A stretch of 36,745 bases of DNA from Atractiella rhizophila (Eukaryota), in contig MU271222.1 in NCBI GenBank assembly GCA_021432655.1, positions 103,519 to 140,263 of the forward strand, given 5' to 3'. This document shows positions 22,685 through 34,239 of this stretch, piece by piece. The notes under the pieces were generated by a model, which was given only the letters and a program-made list of their open reading frames with translations, searched no databases and was not told the DNA's origin. The position numbers were made by a program, and so were the translations under genes. How positions within the stretch are numbered: the first letter of the stretch is position 1; every line of letters begins with the position of its first letter.

Positions 22685-25569
22685 TCAAAGGCCCGAAGGC
22701 CGTCTCAAGTTCCACCTCCTACTCCTATCGCTCTCATCTCCGCTCCCCGTCGCATCAAACTCGTCCCTAAGCTCGAGACGTCCAATCGGTCCGTCTTCTA
22801 TTGAGCTCGATCCTCCTTCGCCACCCGCTAACCGTCTGAGACTGTTCGAGCTGCCATACGAAGGAAACGGCGTCCCTCGCATGGACGAGAAGCTATTATT
22901 CCTCGACGAAAGCGTCACAGGACGACTCCGAAACCTGGGCGACTCCGGACTGTTCGTCCTCTCCCTCTCCCTCTCTCTCTCTCGCTCCGCTTCTTCCTCC
23001 TCCTCAACCACCACTTCTGCCCTCCCGCCCTCCATTGACAGCTTACTCCTCCTAGAAGGACCGGGAACGGGTACAGAAGCGGCAGCGGCGAAACCTTGAT
23101 CTGCAGAGAGAGACGAAATCATATTCCCCTGGATCCTGCGCAACGCTTCGTCCGCCTGACTCTTCGAAATGACCCTGCTCCTCCTCGCGCTCTTCGCCAT
23201 CAACTGCGGTCTCGAGTCTATCAGACTGAGGAAAGAATTGATGTCGTCCGCGTCCGTGACTGGCAGAGGCAGCGGGAGGTTGCTCCCGACCGAAGTGGTC
23301 GAGCTTCCCTCAGCCGCTTGTCCGGCGTCCCAACTCGATCGTGACGGAGAGTTGTCTGTTGGGAAAGGCTCGTTGGAGCCGAGGGACGATCCTTGGCCAT
23401 AGCTCTGCGCATACTTTCCGCTCGAGTACCTTCGTCCAGGGACGGACCCAGCAATGGGACGCGGGGAGGGGACGGAGCCTGCACGCGCTGGTTGTGGGAA
23501 GAGGGACGAGATGGGACGGTTGACGGAGGAAGTGGTGGATGGGGAAGCAGAGCCTGGAGAGGCGGAGCTGGAGTGTCGAGCGCCGATGAAGGAGCCGGGA
23601 CGGAAGAGGGGGGAGTTAGCGGACGTCGAAGGGGACCCGACCGCGTTCATTCTCCCTCCGGAAGTCGACGTCTGACGTTGGCGCAACGGAAGAGGCGCGA
23701 CTGCATCCTAGAAAGAAAGATTTAGGTTAGAAACAGGGATTGAAGGGATGAGAAACGATGAACCCGACCGCTGCTCCCTAGCCCCAAGCTTTGTGTACGA
23801 GTTCGTGAAGCTACAAAAGCTGGTTCGACGTCTCCATAGCTTCCGTACCGATTCGATCCGGAGCTAATGCTTCCTGGCGGAGTGACGCCCAGCGGTTTAG
23901 ACTTGTCCATGAGCGGGACAGGTATTGGAGGTCGCTGTGACGGTACAGGAGCGCTCGGACGCTGAATCTCAGTTGGCGAGGTCGACGGGTGTGACGAGTC
24001 TCTAGCATTAGCCAAGAGGTGTCGAGAAGAAAGCGAGCCGTAAGTCTGCTTCCTCTCCTTCTCCTTCTCAATCGGCGGACTCTTGCCCGTTGGCAACGAA
24101 CCAGCCTGTCGAAACCTCGCAACCGTAGGCTTGAACATGTCCTCTTCTATGAATCTGGACGTGGCGATCGCCTCCAGGTCTTCGACTGCAAAGTCGACGT
24201 TCAAACGATAGCTGCATTGTAAAGTGAGGGCACCGAGGGGAGTGAGGATGGATCCGAACTCGAACGTCTCTGACGGTCCGCTCCTTTCTTCTTCAGGTAA
24301 TATCGAAGCTTCGAGTGGGACCTCGTCCGTGGAGAGGGGTTCGGGGGAACGAGAATCGACCAGTCGACTGGATATTCGGATTCCCGAGCGTCTAGAGAGT
24401 CTACGAAAGAGGGACCAAGAAGGCAAGGTTCTGAGGAGGGTATAAAGGGTCCGAAAGAGGATGATACACTTCTTGTACACGAGAGGAAGCTCCGGGGGCG
24501 GATGCGGGATCGACGGTTCGAAACTCAGTCGCCATCTTTCTAGGACGACGCGGGTCTTCTTTCGGTTTATTGGGAGGGGAGTGGTTGGTGAGACGTCCGC
24601 ATTGAGGTTGGGGGCGTCGTCTACTTTTGTTCGATGCCCCTTTTGGTCGGTGAGGACGAGCGCTTGTTGGTGCGTCATGTTGACTGCTTCGACGAGGATT
24701 TCAAGGACGAGGTCGGGAACTTCCAGTGTAGAAGTGACGCGCGGCGACGAGGGTCCGGCGATATTGTTGCTCGAGGAAGCGGAGGAGGAGAGACCAAGGA
24801 TGGAGGACATGTTCCTCCACGTCCGGAGGTCGTCCTTGAAGAAATCCGAGTCCTCAATCTCGAGACTGAACTGTCAAACCCATCCATCAATCGTGAATCT
24901 CATCTTGCGCAATGAGAGAGCGGCGTACCCATTTGTCGATCCGCGAGGCTTTCCTGCCGGTCGTGGTGGTGGAAGAGTCGAGCGGTGAGACGCGTGATTG
25001 GGCAACGACTTGGGTAACTTTGGCGTAGAAGTGCTGTAGGAGCCATCAGTGCATGCTCTGTCGAGTCAACAGTCCTGCGAGTCAGGGAGAGCGGTAAGCT
25101 TCAAATGGCTGATTCAACAGCGAGCGACAGCGATAAAGCGACCAATTTATGTAATGTAATGTACTTTAATGTAATACGACCCAAGATGTATCTTCCCCCC
25201 GAAATGATAGGATGGACGCACCTGAATGATTTGGTCAATCTTCTCATACCGTCCTCTCTCTCCCTTCCTCGCTCCAGCTGCACTCGCCGCTCTCTTCATT
25301 CCCGTGGCACCCGCGCCACCACCCACACCATCCATCGCGGTGCTCCTCTTGCTCAGCTGCGTCTGCGCTCTCTGGATCGGGGAAGCGGGGAAGAACGGAT
25401 TGGACGTTGGAGCTGCGCTAGGGGTGGTGGTGTATGCAGGACTGGGGGGTGGTGAAGCGGAGCGCTGGGAGGCGCCGTCGTCGAAGGAGGCGAGGGAGGT
25501 GTTGAGGGAGATGCCGGACGGGTAGGGATGGTGTCCTGGCCCTGGTGGTCGGGAGGGAGTGGAGGCCAT
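22685..25569 (-). CDS. ATG13: Autophagy-related protein 13 (N-terminal HORMA domain, long Ser/Pro-rich disordered tail)
   Basis: KIDQIIQ-HFYAKVTQVVAQSR (intron 25221-25034), FSLEIEDSDFFKDDLRTW, VVLERWRLSF, ELPLVYKKCIILFRTLYTLLRTLPSWSL, FGSILTPLGALTLQCSYRLNVDF, and a C-terminal DADDINSFLSLIDSRPQL segment. Confidence 0.92.
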
Positions 25570-26063
25570 GACTTGTTCCTGTGTTTGGTTTAGACGTGCG
25601 ATGGGTGCGATGACTTGTGGTTCCACCGCTACGGATTAGATTGCGACGTATGGAATGCTCTCGAATCTGCTTATCGGCATATGATTAGTTCATCGCTTTG
25701 CAGAAGCAATCCAAGACACAAGCTCCTGGTTTCGCTGCAGCTGGATAGATAAGATGAGCACCTACTGAGTAGATGAGGTAATATGTTATAATCTGGTGCT
25801 ACATGAAGTCTTGCGCTGTACTAATCTTCTAATCGCCCAATGCACTCAGCCAATGCGAGCCTCGCAGCTGGAGTCGCAGGAGTCGTTGATCGTTATCGTT
25901 TCCAACTTCAGCCTGCCTGACCAGCCGGAGAGGCGACCGTCGCGGTCCCGTGACAATCAACAATCACAATTCACAGCAACGAAACACGAAACGAAAGGAA
26001 CCTGTTTGGACGGCGTTGGTTTTGGAAGGATATCATGAGATCTAGACTATGAGATGCAGCAGC

Positions 26064-27443
26064 TTACAGCGGGAGCAGAAGAAGTTGTTGAGTTCTGCTG
26101 CATTCCTTTAAATTGGTTGCAATCCTCCTACTTCTTACTTTAGTAATGTCACCGATAAAGGTCAACCTCTCTTTCGACAACCAATGCCAGGGGGAAAGAA
26201 AAGCCTCTGTGTTGACCTGCGCATTCCGTGGGCACTTCTTGCCTTGAATTACTAAAGTGCTCATATGCTCATCATCGAACTACTTGTCTGAATGAAATAT
26301 GCCAAACTTGCCGCACAACTGCTGAAGAGAGCCAGTGCATCTGCAATGACTGAAGAAACCGGAGAGAGGACGAGTCAAATGTGTAGAACGACCAAAAAGA
26401 ATCAAGTCGACAGCTTCAATTCCACCTATCCTCCGGTATAATGAATACCTTGGCAACCAAAGAATTCGACAGGTCCTGACTTTTTGCAACTTTACGAACG
26501 GATTGATTTGTTTCAATATCTATTATTCCCTTGCCCTTGCATTGTCAATCAGCCTCCAAACATGTTCGAACCTACCGACGCTCAGTCGCACATGGCAGCA
26601 GCGAGCCGAATCTAATAGTCTCAATGAGTGAATCTACCACGTTGTCTGGCTAGTGACGACCTGCCAGAAAGTCCAGGCTCGATGTCTGACCTATACAGGC
26701 AACTGTTCGTTCCAGAGCTCGAGTGAAGTTAATGCAGACCGTTCGGCTTTTCTGCTCGTTCTTGGTCCTAGATCGCAAGCATGCTCTTTCCACCTTCATT
26801 GGGGTCCATACCCCATGCTTCCCAATGCTTATCTGAGACGGAGACTACGGAATTGAAATCCAATCCTTCTTTAGAGTCGAAACGACGACGCTTGCATATT
26901 ACTCCCGCCTTTCAAACTTGGCAATCATAAGGATGGAGAAGATACTCATATCGAGACTGACAAACTAGCGAGAGAGCGTTACGATGGTTCTGTGACCCTT
27001 TCCTCGACGGTTTCAGGTTTTGGAAGAATGCTTTGAAAACTCAATATGGCATTGGCTTGAGGATGGTTTATTGGGGTTTGTGAGGGGAATTCGTTGGAGG
27101 AGGTGGTTGACGGAGCATCCATGGAACGGTACTGCAGGGAGAGTGGTTTTCGATGGATATCAGGAGTGATATCACTCAAAATTGACAAGACATCTGATTG
27201 TCGATGTATTAGCTCAATAGGTTTGCAGAAGAGGTCGTAGATGTCACCTGGCTGGTCATTTTTACTAATACTCACTGCACAGAATGTCGCCCGCAATTCT
27301 CTCAATAACTTGTCGTTCCAGGGCAATGCAGCAATCATTGTTAAGTGCATTTTGTAAAGCCATGAAGCTGAAGACGGTACAGCAAATGTGTCGATTCTGG
27401 ATTGGCTGAAAAGCATACATATCATAACAGTACACAAATACAA
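26064..27443 (-). pseudogene. Possible degenerate or orphan gene fragments
   Basis: A 154-aa ORF (27443-26979) ends at a GTAA donor-like site. ORFs 26516-26280 and 26264-26064 are in the same frame, separated by one TAG. No family recognised. Confidence 0.2.
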
Positions 27444-27620
27444 TTGCGAAGTTTCACCTTCATTCCTTCACGTTGTGAGTGATACAAACACTACGTCAAA
27501 ACAACACTTTATTTCTGCGACTCGACTCCAAAGGGAGCAATGCTTCCTTTTGACAACAAGTCCCTTTTACTTTCAGCAAATCGCCGGCATGATAAACTGA
27601 CCTTTCACGGCAACACACGG

Positions 27621-28834
27621 TCAGAACGGCACCTCCCTCCCCACCGCCCTCCTCTCTGCTTCCTCAAGTACCAACCCAGCGATCGCCGTATCCAACGCAC
27701 CCATACCCACACTCTTAAACACCGTCACCCTGTCGCCCTTTCCCCACGTTCCCTCACCCCTCCCCCCTCCTCCTCCTCCATCCGCTCCATCCTCGTCTGG
27801 AAGCCCGTTGATCCACTCACCCACTTCGACGAGCTCCGGTCGGGCATCTTCAGAAAGCGAGAGCCACTCCCGAACTCTTTTTGGCATCCTTCGCGCGTGT
27901 CGACTAATATGCGAGGTGGGAGAAGGGACGGATGGATCTCTTTCATTTGCGGTGTGTAGGAGCCGATGAGATTGATATGTAGGGTTTAGACCGGAAGGAA
28001 AGGTCGAGGATTCCGGTGTAAGGATGGGATCGAGAGACGGAGTGCAAGTACAAATGATCCTGCTTCCATCTAACATCCTCGGTTTCTTCTTCAATTCTTC
28101 TAACAGGTGTCCCTCGATGTAGACGTCCTCGAGCCGTTGGCGGAGGAGTGTGACGAGGGATTGGAGACGCGGAAGAGAACGGTTGTAGATGTGGATCACC
28201 TTGATCCGTCGAATGGTGTGTGAGAGCAGCAGTGCATGGTAGTACGCTTGTAGCCCGGCGCCGATGATGGACATGTCGATGGCTAGACCCCATTCTGTGT
28301 CTGATTTCTCGAGCGAGAGTCGGGTCGCGATTGCTGAGGCTGCACTGTACACACCCCCAGTGTTAAGCTTATTGTTTGAAACATGGACGAGGGAGGAGAC
28401 GAACGCGGTGCGAAGTGCTGTAAGGGAACCACCATTGATTATGGCTCGAACCAAACCAGTCGTTTCATCCATAGCCAACACTGTGGCAGGTAATCCATCG
28501 GCAGCAGATCCGGAGTGTGGGACGGAGACGATCTTGATGGTAGAGAGAGGAGGAGACTCTGGAAGGACGGCGCGGGAGGGCATGATGAGTGATTTGTGGG
28601 AGGAGAGGGAGAGTGCAAGACGGTGCGGCACTTCGATCGACGTTGGGGTTGGGGGAGAGGAGAAGAGACAGAGTGCATCGGTTATGTGTGTCCAACTGTG
28701 ATGATGGATATGATGATGGATATAAGAGAGATGCAATAATTTGATTTGGAAACAGGATTGCGTACGACATCTGTGGTTTCAAGCCCGGACTCAATCGTCT
28801 CCACGGCTGCTTTGTCGAGAACAAGGAGGCCCAT
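27621..28834 (-). CDS. Ornithine cyclodeaminase / mu-crystallin family protein, with apparent 1-nt indels (possible pseudogene or sequence errors)
   Basis: MGLLVLDKAAV, LIMPSR, IKIVSVP, DETTGLVRAIINGGSLTALRTA-AASAIATRL, IIGAGLQAYYH, IYNRS, IICTCTPS, HINLIGSYTPQMKEI (shifted frame) and VTVFKSVGMGALDTAIA. Confidence 0.85.
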
Positions 28835-29513
28835 TTTCAAGTTGTCAAGTCCTTTGAAACAGCGAGAATAATAGTAGAACAACAATGTGAATCAAAAGCT
28901 CAGGAAATACACTTCACAAACTCGTAAAATCCAAGGCGATGAAGCTATCCCAGAAACCCGGGCTAGAACTTGATTGACAGCGCGAGAGAGATTTCAAAGC
29001 GCGCACAATTTCGTGGTGAAGCAACCTCTCAGATTATTTTCTTTGCGTCTAAAAAGGCTGTTGGAATTCGCCGTTTTCATACAGCTCTCCAACCCACAGG
29101 TGCCTAAAGCTGCAGGCGCTCCAAAATCCTTTACGCGCCTGATCGAAATCGATCGTGTTTTGGAAATTAGAACTAGTAGGGTTAGGGTATGGAACTAGTC
29201 ACAAGACATAGGTCCTTATCGTCCAACTCGCACCAACGACATCCGCACGAAGTATCTAACGTCTATACCCTTACTATCTACTAACTACTACTATCCACTA
29301 CCAGGTTAGTTTCTGCTTCTGAGTCCTTTTGGCAGTTTGTGCATTTTGGGGAGTTTGGGTGCGAGTGAGCGACATGACCCCTATTCTCAGCGAATTGATC
29401 CCGTGAATGAGAGAATGGGAGTTCCCATGCCACGTCTGAGCGGGAGGATGTGTAGCGCGAAAGCCCCTATTCAATCGCTTTATTCTCATCCAATTGATTT
29501 CTGTCGCTCTGGG

Positions 29514-29521
29514 TATATAAA
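29514..29521 (+). promoter_or_regulatory. Putative TATA box, distal promoter of the acidic E/A/K/P protein gene
   Basis: TATATAAAGG upstream of CAACAATG (ATG 29689). Confidence 0.5.
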
Positions 29522-29688
29522 GGCACTGGCCTGTTACAAAGGGCCCCCAGAATCCACCAAGGTTTTCTTTCTTTCTTTCGAGTTTCTAGCCATTCTCTAA
29601 GCAACCGATATTACTTGATACTGATCTTATTCGTTGACTTTCGACTTTCGACTTGCAAATCTATCTGAATTGCCACTCGACACCAACA

Positions 29689-32605
29689 ATGCTCGCCCTC
29701 CTACGCTCGCGTCCTTCATCCCCCACACCTTCTCCCGCCACCGACCGCGACGTCGACGTAACTCGCGCCACTGGAACAGAAGAAATGGCCTCCGTCGAAC
29801 CCCAAGCCGTCGAACAGACTAAGACCGTCGATCCCACTCCCGGTCCTGTCGTCCCCGAAGAGACCGTCGTCCCTCCTGCGGCTGAGGAGGTGAAGGGCGA
29901 GGAGAAGAAGGAGGAGGGAGAGGTTAAGACTCAGGAGGAGGTGCGTCGCTTTTCATCTCGTTCTGGATTCTTGTTTTCTTCTTTCCTTCATGAGAATGAG
30001 CGGTGGCGTTGGCTGAGATGGTGGTGCTGGGGTTGAGGGTCTCTCTCTCTCTTGTTCTCGTTAGGTGATTCTCGTAAGGTGACGGCGACGGTAGCGGCTG
30101 CAGTATGCATAACTTTTTTCCATCTTTTCCTATCTGTCGACTTCATGTCTTTGTTGTTTGCAGAGCTCGAGTGCGAGCTATGATTTGGACCTTGCGCAGT
30201 TATGTCAATTGTTTCTCCTGATGAGAATCAAGGCTCCAGCTTGTGGGGCACGTCTCGATTGATTTGGTCTGTTCACAAATGGATTTGTCTTCAAAGACTC
30301 GTTGTATCGTCATAAAGGCGTTGATGAGATTTTCATTGTGCGTGATGAAAGAAGTTTTGTCAGCAATCGCAGCAAGTATCATGATGAGCATGCTGAGTAG
30401 AGATAAGAGGAAGAGCGAGCATGGCGTTTGTTTTTCAGTGTTCACCGTGACTTGCACCATCTGTCGCCACCAGCGTGAAGCGTACAAGCGATTGACAACC
30501 TAGAGCTTTGGAACGCGTGGATTTCCGCTTCCACACCGACTCGCATTTTCCTTCGTTGATCTCCTCGCCACATCTCTTCTCAAATCGAGCATTGTTGTGA
30601 AGCAAAGGGAGCAAGGAAGGAAGGCACAATGCGCCCTGGTTGTTAATTCCTGTCGTCATTCTTTGTTACCTTTCAACAAAAGATGCGAGATTGGAATCCG
30701 ATGCGTTGGAAAGGAGGCAGATTGCGTTTCAGCGTGAGGAACTAGAGTTAAGGTTCGAATCTAGAAGTTTTAGAACGTCGCATAATTTCGCCCCTGCATA
30801 CTCTTATTTCTGTATAAAAGGGCAGACCCACTTGGAAGCCCCCTTTCCCCTTATTGGTCAATAGTCGCCAGACACACACTCTCGTTTTACATCCCCCTCC
30901 TTGAATCTCTTTTTGGGTCGAAAGAAACTGCTTGTATATCCTTATCGCTGTATCAAACGCATCATCAATACCCTTATCAACGCATCACATCAACACCCTT
31001 TCGAGTTTTCCCTTCGATTCAAGCCTTTCGATAACCATCAACAATGTCTGACGCTGCTGCCGTTACCGCTGCCCCTGCCGTCGAGAAGGTACCTGCTGAG
31101 GAGGTGCCTGCCACTGCCGATGCCGAGAACACAACCGATGAAGCCCCTAAAGCTGTTGAGGGTGCGGAGGAGGTGAAGGAGACTGCGGTTGTGGAGGATG
31201 AGAAGAAGGAAGAGAAGAGGACTCCGTTGAAGGAGAAGAAGCCGAATAGGATTTCTAAATTTTTTTCTAAGAAACAGACCCCCGCCGTTCCCTCTGAACC
31301 CGTCCCTGCTGCCGCTGAGGAGACGAAGGAGGAAGCTAAGGTTCGTCATCTCGTTTTATCTCTGATCTTTGGGACCGATGGTGATGACGATGGTGATGTC
31401 TTGTTGACAATAGGTTGAAGAACCTGTGAAGGCGGAAGAGCCTGCCGCTGCTGATAAGGTCGAGGAGACCCCCGCTGCCGCTCCTGTCGCTGCTGAGGAG
31501 GCTCCGAAGGAGGAGACCAAGGCTGAGGAGGAGGCTCCCGCCGCCGCCGCCACTGAGGAGAAGGCTGAGGAGAAGAAAGACGAGAAGAAGGCTGAGAAGA
31601 AGCCTAAGGCCGGATTCTTGGACAAGTCAGTCTTCATTCCCCATCTCTACCTTGTCTTTGTTTCTTCGATGAGGGTTAGTGTATTGACTGGGGTTGGTTA
31701 ATAGAGTCAAGAACATCTTCGAGAAGAAGGAGAAGGCCCCGAAGGAGCCCAAAGAAAAGAAGGCTGCGAAGGAAGAGACCAAGGCTGAGGATACGAAGGA
31801 GGCTGAGGAGGTAGGACATCTTCCTTTTCGTCCATATGTGGCTAATATTACCTCGATGCCTCGATAGGCTGCCGCTGCCGCTGCGGATCCCGAGCACAAA
31901 GCGCTCGTCGAGGAGACGAAGGCTGAGGAGCTGAGCCCCGCTGCTGAGGCTGCCAAGGCTGCCGTTGAGGAGGTTCGTTCATGTGTTGCCTTAGTCTATG
32001 CTTGCATTGACGCTCCTGTTTCTTAGCCCGCTGGAACCACCGCTGCCGGTCTTGAGGAGCCCGCCAAAGAGGAGGCTAAGGTTTGTGCCTATTCCCCTCG
32101 TCAGTACGATAGTGATGGTTTTCATGGTCCAGGCTGAGGAGACTCCTGCCGCCGCCGAGGATAACGACAAGGTCAAGTTCGACGAGAAGGCAAAGAAGGA
32201 GGATAAGAAGCCTGTTAAGGAAGCTTCCAAGGTTTCCAGGAGGCTGAGCGCCAGGTTCGGTGGTTTGTTCGGGTTGGTATCCCTGCTCTGTTCCTTTCAT
32301 CTTTCAATGCTAATCTGTGAATCGATCCATTGTAGTGGAAAGAAGGACAAGGCCCCTGCTGAGTCTGCGAAGACTGAAGAGGCCAAGACTGAGGAGGTGA
32401 AGACGGATGAGGCTCCTAAGCTCGACGTCGATGTTCCGGAGACGAAGGTTGAGGAGACCCCTGCCGCGGTTAGTTACTTCTCGTTTGTTACTGACAGTGT
32501 CCATTAATTATTTGGTCTTTCTAGACTGAGGAACCTGCAAAGACTGAGGAGGCCCCTGTCGCCGCAGAGGAGAAGAAACCGGAGCCGGTCGCTGCTTCCG
32601 CGTAG
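29689..32605 (+). CDS. Highly acidic Glu/Ala/Lys/Pro-rich disordered protein with short basic-aromatic motifs; two alternative first exons
   Basis: First exon A is 29689-29940 and first exon B is 31044-31340; both end at phase-0 GT donors. Shared exons run from 31414 to TAG 32603-32605. Strong GAG/AAG/GCY codon bias. Confidence 0.8.
30813..30819 (+). promoter_or_regulatory. Putative TATA box, proximal promoter of the acidic E/A/K/P protein gene
   Basis: TATAAAAGGG upstream of CAACAATG (ATG 31044). Confidence 0.5.
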
Positions 32606-33859
32606 ACTGTTGCTCTCGCCATGGGACGTCTTCGATAACCTGTCTGCCTGCCTAACGACTTCTCGAACTATCAATCAATTGTCAAACTGCGTTACGACCC
32701 ACAACTCAATCAGTGTCCGGTCTCGATTTCAATAGCTTTCAAGTTTCTTGAATTCTTCCAATCTTCAGCTTCAGCAAATCAAGTCTTCATCAGCCTTTCA
32801 GACTAGACTACCCTTCTTTCTAACTTGCCTCTTTCCGTCTAACTTTCTTCTATTCAAGGGTCGAGTAATTTATAGCGTCTAATCGTTCTAATGATTCTTC
32901 TCTATCTCGTATTCTTCTCTCAAGTCTTTCGAGGTTGCGATTCGCTACATACGTCCCCCTTCCAGCCTTGTTCTCGTTTCTTCTCTGTGAAGCATGACTG
33001 GTGGACTGGGATGGTTGTGGATGGATGTATGAATGCTTCGCGTCCGCCGGTTGTGGTAATTATTAGCTTTTGACCCTATCATCCAGCGTATCCCTTTTTC
33101 CTTGCTTCAAGTGGAAGTGTTCGACATTCGCGCGAATTCGGATGGGATTTGAATTGTGGAGGAAGAGGTATCCTTTTATAAGCCTTCGGTCTCCTCCCCG
33201 GTGAGGGATTGGTGAGCACAGCTCCAGTGTGAGCCGGATGACGAGGATGAAGAAGAAACGGTCCCTGATTACCCGCCTTCCTTCAAGTGGTGCCGTGATG
33301 ATGATTGTGGACCGACCGCCGCCGCGACTTCGATTGTGTGAAGTCCGAATCCTTGTTCAATTGATCAAGCAAGATCAAGAACGTAACGTCAATATTAAGT
33401 TGAGAGAAGCACTTGGGGAGCTAACATCGTGACGTTGAACTTGAAGACCATTCCGTTCGTCAGACTCTGACTGCATTAGACGGTTCTGTTTCTGAAGGTG
33501 ATTCTTGAGAAATCTTGTCAGATGTAAGTCCTGTGTGATTGCCTCCGATTTCTTTGTGGTATTGCGAGTTACATTTTGCGTATCTTGCATGCTTGAGAGT
33601 GTCTAGATTTCGCCTTCAAACTGTTAAGTTCTTGAGTTTTTTCGTTTCGTTCAAAGGAATGTGAAGCGTTGTTTAACGCTCAAGATATGATCAATCTCAC
33701 CCACTCGGAACTTGAGGTAATAAACCCACGAAGCTGTGATTCCTGCACGACGTTGAGGAGCACCGGGACAATTGCAGTTAATCAGCCAGTGACTGTTCTT
33801 CCCCTTGCTCGTTTGTCTCCCGCTCCATTTGGCTAATAAAATCTTATTCAGTTTGCGAC

Positions 33860-34239
33860 ATGATAGATCAGACGCCGACCAAGAGCATCCTGGAACAAGC
33901 CCTTCAGGAACTCGAAAACTTTTGGGTCAAATACCATGCCCTCTGCTTTCAGGGATTGGATCAAGACGCCATCGACCTCAGGGAACTGCTCACAACGATC
34001 CAACTTTCAGTTTCTGGGCAGCTGAAATTTCGTTTCATGGAAAATGAGTGAGTTACTTCTCCCTGTCTCCATCGGGTTCAACTGACCTGGGTGTCCCTAG
34101 GGAACTCCGTTGCGAATTATACGAAGGAACAAGAAGGGCACTGAGAAATCATTCAACACTCAAGAGGAGGCTCCTGATAAACCTTTGGGTGCTGAATGTG
34201 CTGAAACCGGAAAGTCCGCCACGACCAGCCCAACAATGA
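33860..34239 (+). CDS. Small 2-exon ORF (108 aa), or frameshifted N-terminal part of the F-box gene
   Basis: Exon 33860-34047, intron GTGAGT..CTGAC..CCCTAG (34048-34100), exon 34101-34239. Its TGA overlaps the next ATG. Confidence 0.4.

Noticed and set aside
22957..23010. CT-rich microsatellite-like tract
   Set aside because: It encodes the EEEEEAERERERERE low-complexity stretch of Atg13.
25149..25175. ATGTA pentamer repeats in ATG13 intron 1
   Set aside because: A short degenerate microsatellite with no evidence of function.
22677..25525. Plus-strand ORFs of 60-175 aa over ATG13, and similar antisense ORFs over other genes
   Set aside because: These are shadow ORFs expected from GC-rich coding sequence on the opposite strand.
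30342..30396. Possible intronic C/D-box snoRNA (GTGATGA...ATGATGA...CTGA)
   Set aside because: Only 55 nt long, with no clear D' box or terminal stem and no rRNA-complementary guide I can identify. It would need a snoscan/Infernal hit.
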